DNA of 64,000 nt from Candidatus Buchananbacteria bacterium (GCA_041664165.1 JBAYLH010000001.1:9469-73468), one strand, 5' to 3'; counted from the stretch's first letter, positions 9,815 through 17,957 are shown. The notes: a model not told the origin generated them from the sequence alone. Program-made: numbers and translations.

Positions 9815-9823
9815 AAATTTAAA

Positions 9824-10588
9824 TTAAAACCATTTAGCCGTAGCTAAAATTATAATTAAAGAAACGACGCCGATCGCCAAATAACGAATCACCACTTTTT
9901 TTTCCTTAATACCCAAAAGCCAGTTGCGGGACAAACCGGTGATTAAATAATAACTAATCGTAACAACCAGACCGCTGACATAGACACTGACCGGCAAAAA
10001 ACTGACCACCCAAAAAACTTCCGTTGCCAATAAGGCGGTAATGACAATGTGGCGCCAGCCGGTTTTTATCGTATGGTCGCTGGCCCAAACGATTTGATGG
10101 GTCAAAAAAAGACTGATTAAAGCAAAGGCGGCCAAAAACGGCCATAGCGAAAGGCCAAGAAAAATAATCAGGCTGAAAAAACCAGAAGTCATCAGAAAAA
10201 CCGTCAGCAGATTAATGTTAACTGAGATATTTTCCAGGGAGTGAACCTGGTATTTCGGCCGGAAATGGTACTGAACAAAAATCGTTTCCAAAAATACCCA
10301 GATTAAAGCCACAAAACACCCCAAAAAAATGTGCTTTAAAAAATTGCCCTCGGCAAAAATTAAAAAAATAAAACAGCTGCTTAAAAATAATACCGGGGTT
10401 AAAACATTGCGCCAGAACTTTCCGCTTTTAAAATTATAATCCATTAGCTGATAAATACCCAAAAAAACAATCACCAAACATAGAATAATCGCCCAATAAA
10501 ATTGTTTGGGTAAAGCGAAAACTATTTCAATCAGAAAAAAGATTAGGAAAGAAGAAAGAATTGGAATAAAACGATTGATAATTTTCAT
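9824..10588 (-). CDS. Polytopic membrane protein, function unknown
   Basis: 254 aa with about 8 predicted TM helices. It overlaps its neighbours by 4 bp, which fits an operon. Confidence 0.4.
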   Translation of the reverse strand: MKIINRFIPILSSFLIFFLIEIVFALPKQFYWAIILCLVIVFLGIYQLMDYNFKSGKFWRNVLTPVLFLSSCFIFLIFAEGNFLKHIFLGCFVALIWVFLETIFVQYHFRPKYQVHSLENISVNINLLTVFLMTSGFFSLIIFLGLSLWPFLAAFALISLFLTHQIVWASDHTIKTGWRHIVITALLATEVFWVVSFLPVSVYVSGLVVTISYYLITGLSRNWLLGIKEKKVVIRYLAIGVVSLIIILATAKWF

Positions 10589-11391
10589 TGGCTTGCCGGC
10601 TGGTTAAAATTAAGGCTCCAATCAATATTGCTGGCTTTTATCCTGGCTGCTAATATTTTTTGGATTGATTCGGCGTTAATCATGACTTCAATGACTATTT
10701 TCCCGGAAACGAGTTCAAATTTTTTAAAAACGATATTATCCTTGAGCCAATCAAGTTTGGCCGGATCAATATTAAATTTTTTGACCTGGCTTTTATTAAC
10801 CTGATTAGCATACTGTTTAAGCAGCCAGTCAGCAATAAACGGCGGCAAGCTTAAATCGCCGATTTTGGCTTGAGTAACCTGATAGCTGCCGGCATTATCC
10901 AAAAAATTAGCTTTCATTCTTAAAGTCAGGTTAGCGGTAAAAGGTTTTATCATCAAACCGAATAATTCGATTTCGCCGTTATCAATAATAAATTGGGTGT
11001 TTTGGGCAAACATCGCTTTGGGATCGGCGGCTAATTTTTGCCGGACAAAAAAAGTCAATTCATTTTCCGTCAGCTCGGCATGGAGTATTTTATTCTGCTC
11101 GTCGTAAGAATAAACCACCGACTTTTGGGAAAAATCAGCGGGGTTTTGCGGCGGAATCAGACGCGAAGGCTGGGGCAAGCGGTAAAAAATCGAAGAAAAA
11201 ACCGGTATTTCAATGATTCCGGTTTTAGCGATAACGGCCAAACCGGCAGCTAAAAAAATAACCAGCAAAACGCTAAAAATCAACCAGCAATTGGTTTTTA
11301 ATTTTCGCTTTCTGACTCTCTTCGGCTTTTCCGGCACCGGCAAAGAAGCCTCTGACTTTTGAATTAATTCTTCCAAACTGATTCTTGCCAT
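10585..11391 (-). CDS. Membrane-anchored protein in the pilus gene block (PilN/PilO-like topology), function unknown
   Basis: 268 aa with a basic N-terminus and a single TM (LIFSVLLVIFLAAGLAVIA). Confidence 0.35.
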   Translation of the reverse strand: MARISLEELIQKSEASLPVPEKPKRVRKRKLKTNCWLIFSVLLVIFLAAGLAVIAKTGIIEIPVFSSIFYRLPQPSRLIPPQNPADFSQKSVVYSYDEQNKILHAELTENELTFFVRQKLAADPKAMFAQNTQFIIDNGEIELFGLMIKPFTANLTLRMKANFLDNAGSYQVTQAKIGDLSLPPFIADWLLKQYANQVNKSQVKKFNIDPAKLDWLKDNIVFKKFELVSGKIVIEVMINAESIQKILAARIKASNIDWSLNFNQPASQ

Positions 11392-11392
11392 A

Positions 11393-11866
11393 TTAGCGGA
11401 TAATAATTAGATAATCGGCTTTGTCGGCATTGCCTTCGTTAGAACCGTCTCCGCAAGAATTATTATGAAATTCCGCCTTGGCTGTCTCCATATTTTCTAC
11501 GGAAACCGTCGGAAAAGTCAAGCCATTGCAAAGATTGTCTTTGACGTAATAGTAATAATAATCATTGGCTCCGGTTCCGCCTTTGTCCAGAGGGTCTTTC
11601 GGCAAGGCCGGAAAATATTTTTTAAGCTGGCTATCGACAGCTTCGCCGCGACCCAAATAGCCGCTGTCTGGCGGATAATTACCGTCATTTTCCTGAGCAT
11701 ACATCAACAAAGCCTTAACGTACTGGGAAGCGTCATAAGCCCGTTTAGCATCGTGGCTTTTAGCCTGAGCGCTTCTAAAGGCAACCAAGCCAATCGTCGC
11801 GATTAAAGCGATAATTAAAACCGCAACCATCAATTCAATTAAAGTTATGCCTTGATTTTTTCTCAT
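11393..11866 (-). CDS. Type IV pilin / pseudopilin with class III prepilin signal
   Basis: MRKNQG|ITLIELMVAVLIIALIATIGL is the prepilin peptidase motif (G-1, E+5). Confidence 0.7.
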   Translation of the reverse strand: MRKNQGITLIELMVAVLIIALIATIGLVAFRSAQAKSHDAKRAYDASQYVKALLMYAQENDGNYPPDSGYLGRGEAVDSQLKKYFPALPKDPLDKGGTGANDYYYYYVKDNLCNGLTFPTVSVENMETAKAEFHNNSCGDGSNEGNADKADYLIIIR

Positions 11867-11879
11867 ATAGCTTAAAAAA

Positions 11880-12281
11880 CTAATTAGCTTTTAGCCAGCC
11901 GTACTTAACCTTTAATTCATCGAGTTTGGCCAGGCCTTTATCAATTTTGGCTTGGTCGGCACTGCCTTGACCCTGCTCAATCAGCTCAAAAGCGACTACT
12001 AAATTAAAATGCAAATCCAAGTATTTAGCCGGCACGCGCAAAGCCAAAATCCGGCTTTTAACTCCGGCATAACTTTCATTTTGCCAAACTGGCTTTAAAA
12101 TATCAATTAATTCGGATTCGTATTTGCTTTCCAGTTCCGGTTCGGTTAAAACCGGCGGCTGAGCCGTTTCGTTATCTATCGGCTGAATCGGTTTATTTTT
12201 AACGCAGCCAAAAAGTACCGGCGCTAAAAAAAATAAAATTACAAAAACAAAAAAACTTTTTTTCCGCCCAATTTCAATCAT
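11880..12281 (-). CDS. Putative lipoprotein, function unknown
   Basis: 133 aa with an LFGC lipobox after a hydrophobic signal. Confidence 0.4.
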   Translation of the reverse strand: MIEIGRKKSFFVFVILFFLAPVLFGCVKNKPIQPIDNETAQPPVLTEPELESKYESELIDILKPVWQNESYAGVKSRILALRVPAKYLDLHFNLVVAFELIEQGQGSADQAKIDKGLAKLDELKVKYGWLKAN

Positions 12282-12290
12282 ATTAAGGCT

Positions 12291-12623
12291 TTAATAAATT
12301 AGGGAAACCAAAATAAAAACCAAAATCCCGATGATCATTAGAGTGACTAAGGTCGTCAAAGCGGTCATCAAAGCCTCGGCAAATCTTTGTTTAAAGGCCA
12401 AATAAGCCGGATAGCCAAAAACTAAAACTGCGGAAACCGCGGCGCTAAAAACAAAAATCAATAAAAAAAGCAAAGACCCGGCGATGGAATTCAAATTCGG
12501 CATCGCTTGCTGTAAAACCATCAACGAGACGACGACAAAAAAACAGTAACTCGCCTGGGCGATACCGCCCAAAAACCCGAATTTTAATACTTCAGATTCA
12601 TTAACTTTTTGTTTTCCCGCCAT
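12291..12623 (-). CDS. Small 3-TM membrane protein, function unknown
   Basis: 110 aa, hydrophobic. Confidence 0.4.
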   Translation of the reverse strand: MAGKQKVNESEVLKFGFLGGIAQASYCFFVVVSLMVLQQAMPNLNSIAGSLLFLLIFVFSAAVSAVLVFGYPAYLAFKQRFAEALMTALTTLVTLMIIGILVFILVSLIY

Positions 12624-12649
12624 ATTTTTGATTTTAATAATAATTATGA

Positions 12650-12988
12650 TTAAAACGACATCTCCCCTTTTTCCATCGTCATCTCAATCCAAATCCCGTC
12701 TTTTTCATCAAAACGATAAGCATTAAACCGATGGACTTTTTCCGTTTCGGAATAAACATATTCCACCGATGCCTGACTGCCAATTCGGCGCGAACCAATC
12801 GTTTTTTTGTCAATTACCAGCGGCTGGGTTGTCCGCTGCAATTTCATTTTTCCCAAAGGCCCGTCAAATTCAACAATTTCAACTGTCCCCAGCCCGGCGT
12901 CTTCGGGCAAATCCTGTGTCTGCTGGTTGGTAATTTTAAAATTATCCTTGATTTGGCCGATAATACTTTGCCATTTTTCGTCAGTCAT
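12650..12988 (-). CDS. Hypothetical cytoplasmic protein
   Basis: 112-aa ORF between the pilT gene and the membrane protein genes. No recognised motif. Confidence 0.35.
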   Translation of the reverse strand: MTDEKWQSIIGQIKDNFKITNQQTQDLPEDAGLGTVEIVEFDGPLGKMKLQRTTQPLVIDKKTIGSRRIGSQASVEYVYSETEKVHRFNAYRFDEKDGIWIEMTMEKGEMSF

Positions 12989-13039
12989 AAATCTTTAAAC
13001 TTAAATCTTAAATCTAGAAATTTAACAAGACTTTGAGTT

Positions 13040-14083
13040 TTAATAATAAGTATTTAAGGTATCAGCGTTGCCGATCCGGTTCAAATAAGACTGCCGATCA
13101 ATTAAGCCTTCCTCATAAAGCCGCTTTAAGGATGAATGCATGGTAATCATGCCTTCGCTGCGCCCGGTTTGCATCGCTGAAGTGATGTGAGCGATTTTAT
13201 CTTCCCGGATTAAATTCGCAATGGCCGGCGTGTTAATCATAATTTCTCTAGAAACAATGATCCCGCCGCCTTTTTTGGGCAGCATCTGCTGGCAAATTAC
13301 CGCCCGCAAAACCGAGGCTAATTGCATTAGAATCTGCTGCTGCCGGTGAGACGGAAACATATCGACAATTCTTTCAATGGTTTCCGCCGCCGTATTGGTG
13401 TGCAAAGTCGATAAAACCAAGTGGCCGGTTTCCGCCGCCGTCAAAGTCGCCGAAATTGTTTCCAAGTCTCTCATTTCGCCGACCATAATCACGTTTGGAT
13501 CCTGGCGCAAGGCCCGCTTCAGCGCTTCCGAAAAAGAATGGGTATCGCGACCCAACTCCCGCTGTTCGATAATACTTTGATCTTCTTGAAAAATAAATTC
13601 AACCGGATCTTCAATTGTAATAATATGCGCTCTTCTCTCGGTATTGATTAGATTGATTAAAACCGCCAAAGTCGTTGATTTACCGGAGCCGGAAGGACCG
13701 GTAACTAAAATTAATCCCTGGTTTAAATGGCTCAATTTATAAATCGTCTCATCGAAATAAATTTGTTTGGGAGTAGGAATAGATCCCGGAATAACCCTGG
13801 CGGCTAAACCCAGCTGGCCTTCCTGCTGGTGCAAATTAACCCGGAAATGACCCCCGGCAATATCTAAAGCGAAGTCAAGCTCTTTTTCTTTTTTAAAAAC
13901 ATTAACTTCACTTTCTTTCATTAAAGAAAAAATTGCCACCTCTAACTCATTATTGACAATGGCTTCTTCGGAAACAACTTCCAAATTGCCTAAAATTCTG
14001 AGAGTTGGTTTATTGCCCGCGACCAGATGAAGGTCGGAGGCTTTGCTCTTTAAAGCTAATTCAAAATATTTTTTTATATCCAT
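13040..14083 (-). CDS. pilT: Type IV pilus retraction ATPase PilT
   Basis: 347 aa with Walker A LVTGPSGSGKSTTLA and PilT-type Asp/His boxes. Confidence 0.85.
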   Translation of the reverse strand: MDIKKYFELALKSKASDLHLVAGNKPTLRILGNLEVVSEEAIVNNELEVAIFSLMKESEVNVFKKEKELDFALDIAGGHFRVNLHQQEGQLGLAARVIPGSIPTPKQIYFDETIYKLSHLNQGLILVTGPSGSGKSTTLAVLINLINTERRAHIITIEDPVEFIFQEDQSIIEQRELGRDTHSFSEALKRALRQDPNVIMVGEMRDLETISATLTAAETGHLVLSTLHTNTAAETIERIVDMFPSHRQQQILMQLASVLRAVICQQMLPKKGGGIIVSREIMINTPAIANLIREDKIAHITSAMQTGRSEGMITMHSSLKRLYEEGLIDRQSYLNRIGNADTLNTYY

Positions 14084-14089
14084 CGTCTC

Positions 14090-14168
14090 TACGAATTACA
14101 AATAAATACGAATATACAAATAGACTGCCCGAAATTCGTATATTCGTAACAATTCGTAATTTGTAGCT
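14090..14168. repeat. Palindromic intergenic repeat element (family 'tacgaatatacaaata...aaattcgtatattcgt')
   Basis: acgaatatac pairs with gtatattcgt. A near-identical copy lies at 45215-45265. Confidence 0.5.
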
Positions 14169-14171
14169 ACA

Positions 14172-14618
14172 TTATAACACAAAATCCTGCTTTTTTAAAA
14201 GAAATTGATTAGCTTTTTGCAATAGGTCTTGGCCATTTTGGAAAAACAGCCTTTGATGGGCAGTGGTAAAATCAAACCAGCCGTAGTCTAAATGCTCGTC
14301 AGAAATTACGATCTTGTCTTGTTTGACCTCGCCGAGGTAAAAAATAACCGTTTTGTAAACTTTCTGCCTCACGCCGTTTTTAATTTCCGTATCAAAATCA
14401 TAATCATAACTTTCCAAAAAACCGTCAATAATCTTAACTTCGGTAATTCCGGTCTCTTCCTCTAGCTCCCGCAAGGCCGTCTGTAAATCAGCTTCGCCTT
14501 TCTCCTGAGTCCCTTTGGCGAAATTCCAATATTGGCCGCCGTGGTGCAACAAAAGATAACGGATGCCCCGGCCGTCTTTGGTATAAATAATTACGCCCGC
14601 TGATTTTTTTCTAATCAT
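14172..14618 (-). CDS. NUDIX hydrolase
   Basis: NUDIX box GTQEKGEADLQTALRELEEETGI. Confidence 0.75.
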   Translation of the reverse strand: MIRKKSAGVIIYTKDGRGIRYLLLHHGGQYWNFAKGTQEKGEADLQTALRELEEETGITEVKIIDGFLESYDYDFDTEIKNGVRQKVYKTVIFYLGEVKQDKIVISDEHLDYGWFDFTTAHQRLFFQNGQDLLQKANQFLLKKQDFVL

Positions 14619-14662
14619 AGTTAGGCTAGTAGGTTGGTAGGAAGGTAGGTTGGTAGAAATTC
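14619..14662. repeat. GGTAGG/CCTACC-rich leader repeat directly abutting the NUDIX start codon
   Basis: Coding strand reads cctaccaacctaccttcctaccaacctactagcctaactATG. Belongs to the (ACCUAA)n-like leader family. Confidence 0.45.
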
Positions 14663-15946
14663 CTACCGTCCTACTACCCTACCCCCCCCCCACTTACTAA
14701 TTAAATACTTTTTTCCTTTTAACTTCTCCGGCAGGTACTCCTGATCCTCTTGCCAGTCGTAGCTTGGCGAATACTTATAATCTTTGCCGTAATTCAAATC
14801 CTGCATCAGCTTGGTCGGCGCGTTGCGCAAATGAAGCGGCACCGGTTCGTCCATGGTCTCTTTCACATCCTGTTTGACCTGGCCATAAGCCTGGTAAACT
14901 TCAACTGACTTTTTGGCCCGCGCCAAATAGACAACGCATTCCGCCAAGGCAATATCACACTCCGGCATGCCTAAAAAATGAGCGGCCTGGTAAGCGGCAA
15001 CGGCCAAAGGCAGCGCCGCCGGATCGGCTAAACCGATATCTTCAACCGACATCCGAACCAGCCGCCGCGCGACATAAAGCGGGTCTTCGCCGGCCTCCAG
15101 CATCCGACCCAGCCAATATAACGCCGCATCGGCATTGCCGCCGCGAACGGATTTATGCAGCGCCGAAATAATATTATAATGCTGCTCGCCGGCTTTGTCG
15201 TATAAAAAACTGGACTTCTGCAGCGACTCTTTGATTATCTCTTTATCTAAAATGATTTTACCTTGCGAATTAGGTTTAGTCGAGTTGACGGCAAATTCCA
15301 AGGCATTTAACGCCACCCGGCCATCGCCATTGGCAAGACTGGCTAAATAACGAATCAGTTTATCGTCAGCGTCAATTTTTAACTTCGGAAAACCGGTCTG
15401 AACCGCCCGCTGGATAATCAATTCTAAATCATGCTCCGACAGCTGGTTTAAGACAAAAACCCGGCTGCGGGAAAGCAAAGCGGAGATCACTTCAAAACTC
15501 GGATTTTCCGTCGTCGCCCCGATTAGAGTAATCATCCCCTGCTCAACATAAGGCAAAAGCCCATCTTGTTGGGCTTTGTTCCACCGGTGGATTTCATCAA
15601 TGAATAAAATTGTCCGCTGGCCGTTAAATTTACGCCGGTCGGCCGCCAGCTTGATAATTTCCCGAAATTCCTTAACCCCGGAGCTAACGGCGGAAAGCTG
15701 GACAAAATGAGATTTAGTCATTTTGGCGATAATTCGCGCCAACGTACTTTTGCCCGTGCCCGGCGGACCCCAAAAAATCATGGACGGAATTTCATCGTTT
15801 TCCATGGCCTGGCGCAAAAGCTTGCCTTCGCCGACAATTTCTTTTTGGCCGACAAAGTCAGCCAAGCTTTCCGGCCGCAAACGGTCAGCTAAAGGCGCAT
15901 TACGCTTGATATCTTGTTGAAATTGTTGGTCAAATAGATCACTCAT
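14663..15946 (-). CDS. rarA: Replication-associated recombination protein A (AAA+ ATPase RarA/MgsA)
   Basis: WGPPGTGKSTLARIIA Walker A. Start taken as MSDLFDQQF at 15946. The track ORF extends to 15970 only by reading into the inserted GC-rich element. Confidence 0.85.
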   Translation of the reverse strand: MSDLFDQQFQQDIKRNAPLADRLRPESLADFVGQKEIVGEGKLLRQAMENDEIPSMIFWGPPGTGKSTLARIIAKMTKSHFVQLSAVSSGVKEFREIIKLAADRRKFNGQRTILFIDEIHRWNKAQQDGLLPYVEQGMITLIGATTENPSFEVISALLSRSRVFVLNQLSEHDLELIIQRAVQTGFPKLKIDADDKLIRYLASLANGDGRVALNALEFAVNSTKPNSQGKIILDKEIIKESLQKSSFLYDKAGEQHYNIISALHKSVRGGNADAALYWLGRMLEAGEDPLYVARRLVRMSVEDIGLADPAALPLAVAAYQAAHFLGMPECDIALAECVVYLARAKKSVEVYQAYGQVKQDVKETMDEPVPLHLRNAPTKLMQDLNYGKDYKYSPSYDWQEDQEYLPEKLKGKKYLISKWGGGRVVGR

Positions 15947-15952
15947 ATTTTT
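15883..15952. repeat. Direct repeat copy 1 (about 68 bp, includes rarA codons 1-21)
   Basis: ggtcagctaaaggcgcattacgcttgatatcttgttgaaattgttggtcaaatagatcactcatatttt. Repeated at 16116-16183. Confidence 0.8.
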
Positions 15953-16115
15953 GAGCCCGCCCCGCACCAAGCCTATATTTGAACCCTGATATCAAACTGG
16001 CTGAGCCGGAGACCTGCTTCGCCAATGATTAAGACTGGGGGGCTAGTCAAGGCAGGCGACTTCGCGCGAACCAAACTTAAATTTTAATTAAACTTAATCG
16101 CGGGCTTTGGTGCGG
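15953..16115. mobile_element. 163-bp GC-rich insertion with 11-14 bp terminal inverted repeats (MITE-like), flanked by a ~68-bp target duplication
   Basis: Left end gagcccgccccgcaccaagcc. Right end cgcgggctttggtgcgg, reverse complement ccccgcaccaaagcccgcg. GC content is far above the local background. Confidence 0.5.
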
Positions 16116-16183
16116 GGTCAGCTAAAGGCGCATTACGCTTGATATCTTGTTGAAATTGTTGGTCAAATAGATCACTCATATTT
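16116..16183. repeat. Direct repeat copy 2 (orphan copy of the rarA 5' end)
   Basis: Identical to 15883-15952. Reads into the element instead of into rarA. Confidence 0.8.
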
Positions 16184-16185
16184 TA

Positions 16186-16222
16186 TAGTGACATGTTACA
16201 TGTTACATGTCACATGTCACTT
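16186..16222. repeat. Tandem array of the palindromic hexamer ACATGT (5 copies)
   Basis: gtgacatgttacatgttacatgtcacatgtcac. Confidence 0.5.
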
Positions 16223-16249
16223 ACTTACTACCTGTTACTTATTTCTAAT

Positions 16250-16942
16250 TTATTTACCAAATCTCCTCTGCCTCTTATCATACTCGGCAATAATTAAATC
16301 TAAATCTTTTTCACCAAAATCCGGCCAGGTTTTTTTAATAAACATAATTTCCGAATAAACGGATTGCCAGGTTAAAAAATTGGAAAGCCGCTTTTCGCCG
16401 GAAGTTCGGACAATCAAATCCGGATCGGCAATACCCTGAGTCCAGAGATTTTTAGCAATCAACTCTTCCGTAATTTTTTTGGCCGGTGTTTTTTTGGCGG
16501 CGATTTTTTTAACCGCTTGCAAAATATCAGGCCGGCCGCCGTAGGAAACGGCGAGATTAAATAAAAGCTTATGGTTATTTTTAGTTTTAACCTCGGCTGA
16601 CTTAATCATTTTTTGGATATCAGGGGCTAACCGTTTTATCTGGCCAATGACTCTGACTTTTACCCCTTGTTTAGCCAATTGGCTGATATCTCGGCTTAAG
16701 GCCAGGCGAAAAAGATCCATCAAATAGCTTACTTCTTCTTTGGTGCGATTCCAGTTTTCACTTGAGAAGGCATAAACCGTTAAAACCTTGATTCCCCGGT
16801 CAATACACCACTGGGCAACCTTTTTCATTTTGTCGTAGCCTCGGCGATGGCCTTCCAAGCTCGGCAGACCCTTACTTTTGGCCCAGCGGCGATTACCATC
16901 CATAATAATGGCTAAATGGACTAAAGAGGGTTTTTGGTTCAT
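16250..16942 (-). CDS. uppS: Undecaprenyl-diphosphate synthase (isoprenyl transferase)
   Basis: LAIIMDGNRRWAKSKGL and RTSGEKRLSNFLTWQ motifs. Confidence 0.85.
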   Translation of the reverse strand: MNQKPSLVHLAIIMDGNRRWAKSKGLPSLEGHRRGYDKMKKVAQWCIDRGIKVLTVYAFSSENWNRTKEEVSYLMDLFRLALSRDISQLAKQGVKVRVIGQIKRLAPDIQKMIKSAEVKTKNNHKLLFNLAVSYGGRPDILQAVKKIAAKKTPAKKITEELIAKNLWTQGIADPDLIVRTSGEKRLSNFLTWQSVYSEIMFIKKTWPDFGEKDLDLIIAEYDKRQRRFGK

Positions 16943-17132
16943 ATTTCCCGCTAGAAATTAAAGGTTAAAAAGGCTTAAATTTTGGGCATTTTATAGTAAT
17001 TTCTGAATCTAAGCACCCAAACTCCATTAATCACTTCTAATGGGGTAAAATCGCCAAATTTAAGCAAATAAGACTACTTCATTGTAACGCTAAAAGCCAT
17101 TCTGGTCAAAAGAACAGCGGGGGTCAAAAATG

Positions 17133-17161
17133 TTGACAAAAATATTAGAATATGCTATAGT
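17133..17161 (+). promoter_or_regulatory. Near-consensus sigma-70 promoter (TTGACA-N17-TATAGT) of GC-rich cassette i
   Basis: ttgacaaaaatattagaatatgctatagt. Confidence 0.5.
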
Positions 17162-17223
17162 ACAATCTGCTTCGGATACCGCAACCAACTGGGCTACAAA
17201 CCAGCCCAATAAGAAAGGAAGCT

Positions 17224-17436
17224 ATGTTAAACCGAGTTTGGATGGTAATCGTGGTTGGCGGTTTTCTCGGCTGTGCTGTAGCCTGGTTCTTCGGAACCAT
17301 TGGTGAATGGCCGACTGGAAAGACCGTGGCCTTGACAGCTCTAAGCTGCCTGGCTATCGGAGTCGCCATGTACCCGCTGACCCTCCGCAAGGATGGTCTC
17401 GGATACTGGGGTGTCTTGAGGAAGTATTTCTTCTGA
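17224..17436 (+). CDS. Small 2-TM membrane protein (70 aa) on a GC-rich (~55%) cassette
   Basis: MLNRVWMVIVVGGFLGCAVAWFF...; RBS aaggaag; codon usage and GC differ from the flanking genes. Confidence 0.5.
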   Translation: MLNRVWMVIVVGGFLGCAVAWFFGTIGEWPTGKTVALTALSCLAIGVAMYPLTLRKDGLGYWGVLRKYFF

Positions 17437-17453
17437 CAAGACCCCTCCCGCCC

Positions 17454-17511
17454 GCAAGGCCGCTTTAGTCGCTCCTAACCCGAGAGACGACAGCGGCCTT
17501 GTCTTCTTTCT
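17454..17511 (+). terminator. Terminator hairpin (caaggccgc...gcggccttg, then a U-rich tract)
   Basis: 9-bp perfect stem with a structured loop, then tcttctttct. Confidence 0.4.
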
Positions 17512-17566
17512 ACCGGAGTTGATTTTTTAGCTAAAAGTGCTAAACTAAAATCTGTATTTAATAACG

Positions 17567-17672
17567 GGCCTGCCTGCCGGTAGGCAGGCTGTAGTCCCGC
17601 CCTTCGCGAAGGGCGGGATAAACTCCGCTGCCCGCCCGCCTGCTTCACAGGCGAAGCGGGCGGGACTAGCGC
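17567..17672. repeat. Cluster of three strong GC-rich hairpins upstream of tRNA-Pro
   Basis: gcctgccggtaggcaggc; tcccgcccttcgcgaagggcggga; cccgcccgcctgcttcacaggcgaagcgggcggg. Not protein-coding. Confidence 0.5.
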
Positions 17673-17704
17673 GTCCCTCACCTTTAACAATCTTTCACCT
17701 TTGT

Positions 17705-17778
17705 CGGGGTGTAGCGTAATTGGTTATCGCGCACGCTTCGGGTGCGTGAGATTCCGGGTTCGAGTCCCGGCACCCCGA
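17705..17778 (+). tRNA. tRNA-Pro (anticodon CGG)
   Basis: Cloverleaf CGGGGTG/CACCCCG acceptor, anticodon arm CACGC-TTCGGGT-GCGTG, T-arm CCGGG-TTCGAGT-CCCGG. No CCA encoded. Flanked by a 13-bp inverted repeat (tccctcaccttta / taaaggtgaggga). Confidence 0.8.
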
Positions 17779-17783
17779 TAAAG

Positions 17784-17832
17784 GTGAGGGATTCGGGACG
17801 ATGAGGTCAGGAGTTCGAATCTCCCCAGCCCG
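17784..17832 (+). pseudogene. tRNA-like 3'-half fragment (T-arm GGAGTTCGAATCTCC plus acceptor-like CCAGCCCGA), probably an integration scar
   Basis: No matching 5' acceptor strand or D/anticodon arms were found upstream. Confidence 0.35.
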
Positions 17833-17837
17833 ATTTA

Positions 17838-17861
17838 GAATCGCTTGAAGCGATTTTTTTG
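17838..17861 (+). terminator. Rho-independent terminator
   Basis: aatcgct-tga-agcgatt plus T7. Confidence 0.6.
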
Positions 17862-17890
17862 TTGTCAAAAAAGCTCTAATAACTTAAAAT
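17862..17890 (+). promoter_or_regulatory. Sigma-70-like promoter TTGTCA-N17-TAAAAT
   Basis: ttgtcaaaaaagctctaataacttaaaat. Confidence 0.4.
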
Positions 17891-17897
17891 ATAACTA

Positions 17898-17952
17898 TCA
17901 CTCCTTTCGAGTCTCATCGTGTTACTGCCATTGTAAAACCGAAAGGAGGTGA
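17898..17952 (+). promoter_or_regulatory. Leader hairpin that sequesters the Shine-Dalgarno sequence (anti-SD ctcctttcg pairs with cgaaaggag)
   Basis: 9-bp perfect helix plus 4 more bp across a 1-nt bulge. The 3' strand is the RBS aaggaggtga of the downstream small ORF. Confidence 0.4.
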
Positions 17953-17957
17953 GTTCC

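Noticed and set aside
15947-15970. N-terminal extension of the rarA ORF (MVRGGLKN) given by the ORF track
   Set aside because: These codons are read from the inserted GC-rich element. The conserved RarA N-terminus (MSDLFDQQF) starts at 15946, and this start is duplicated in the orphan copy.
15953-16115. SRP RNA / small ncRNA hypothesis for the 163-bp GC-rich element (GUCAAGGCAGGCGAC loosely resembles the 4.5S helix-8 region)
   Set aside because: There is no GGAA/GNRA tetraloop in the expected symmetric-loop context. The element has terminal inverted repeats and is flanked by a target duplication, which points to an insertion rather than a housekeeping RNA gene.
17145-17390. 81-aa minus-strand ORF overlapping the small membrane protein gene
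   Set aside because: The plus-strand ORF has a consensus promoter, an RBS and coherent TM helices. The minus frame is an antisense artefact of the GC-rich cassette.
17475-17690. 71-aa minus-strand ORF (MLKVRDALVPPASPVKQAGG...)
   Set aside because: It lies entirely on the three GC-rich hairpins upstream of tRNA-Pro. The Arg/Ala/Pro-rich translation is a GC artefact, and there is no RBS.
17784-17832. tmRNA (ssrA) hypothesis for the tRNA-like fragment after tRNA-Pro (GGATTCGGGACG resembles the tmRNA 5' GGAUUCGACGGG box)
   Set aside because: No tag-peptide reading frame ending in ...AA-stop, no pseudoknot region, and no matching acceptor 5' strand. The fragment is only 49 nt and sits directly before a terminator. 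It is better explained as a tRNA 3'-half remnant.
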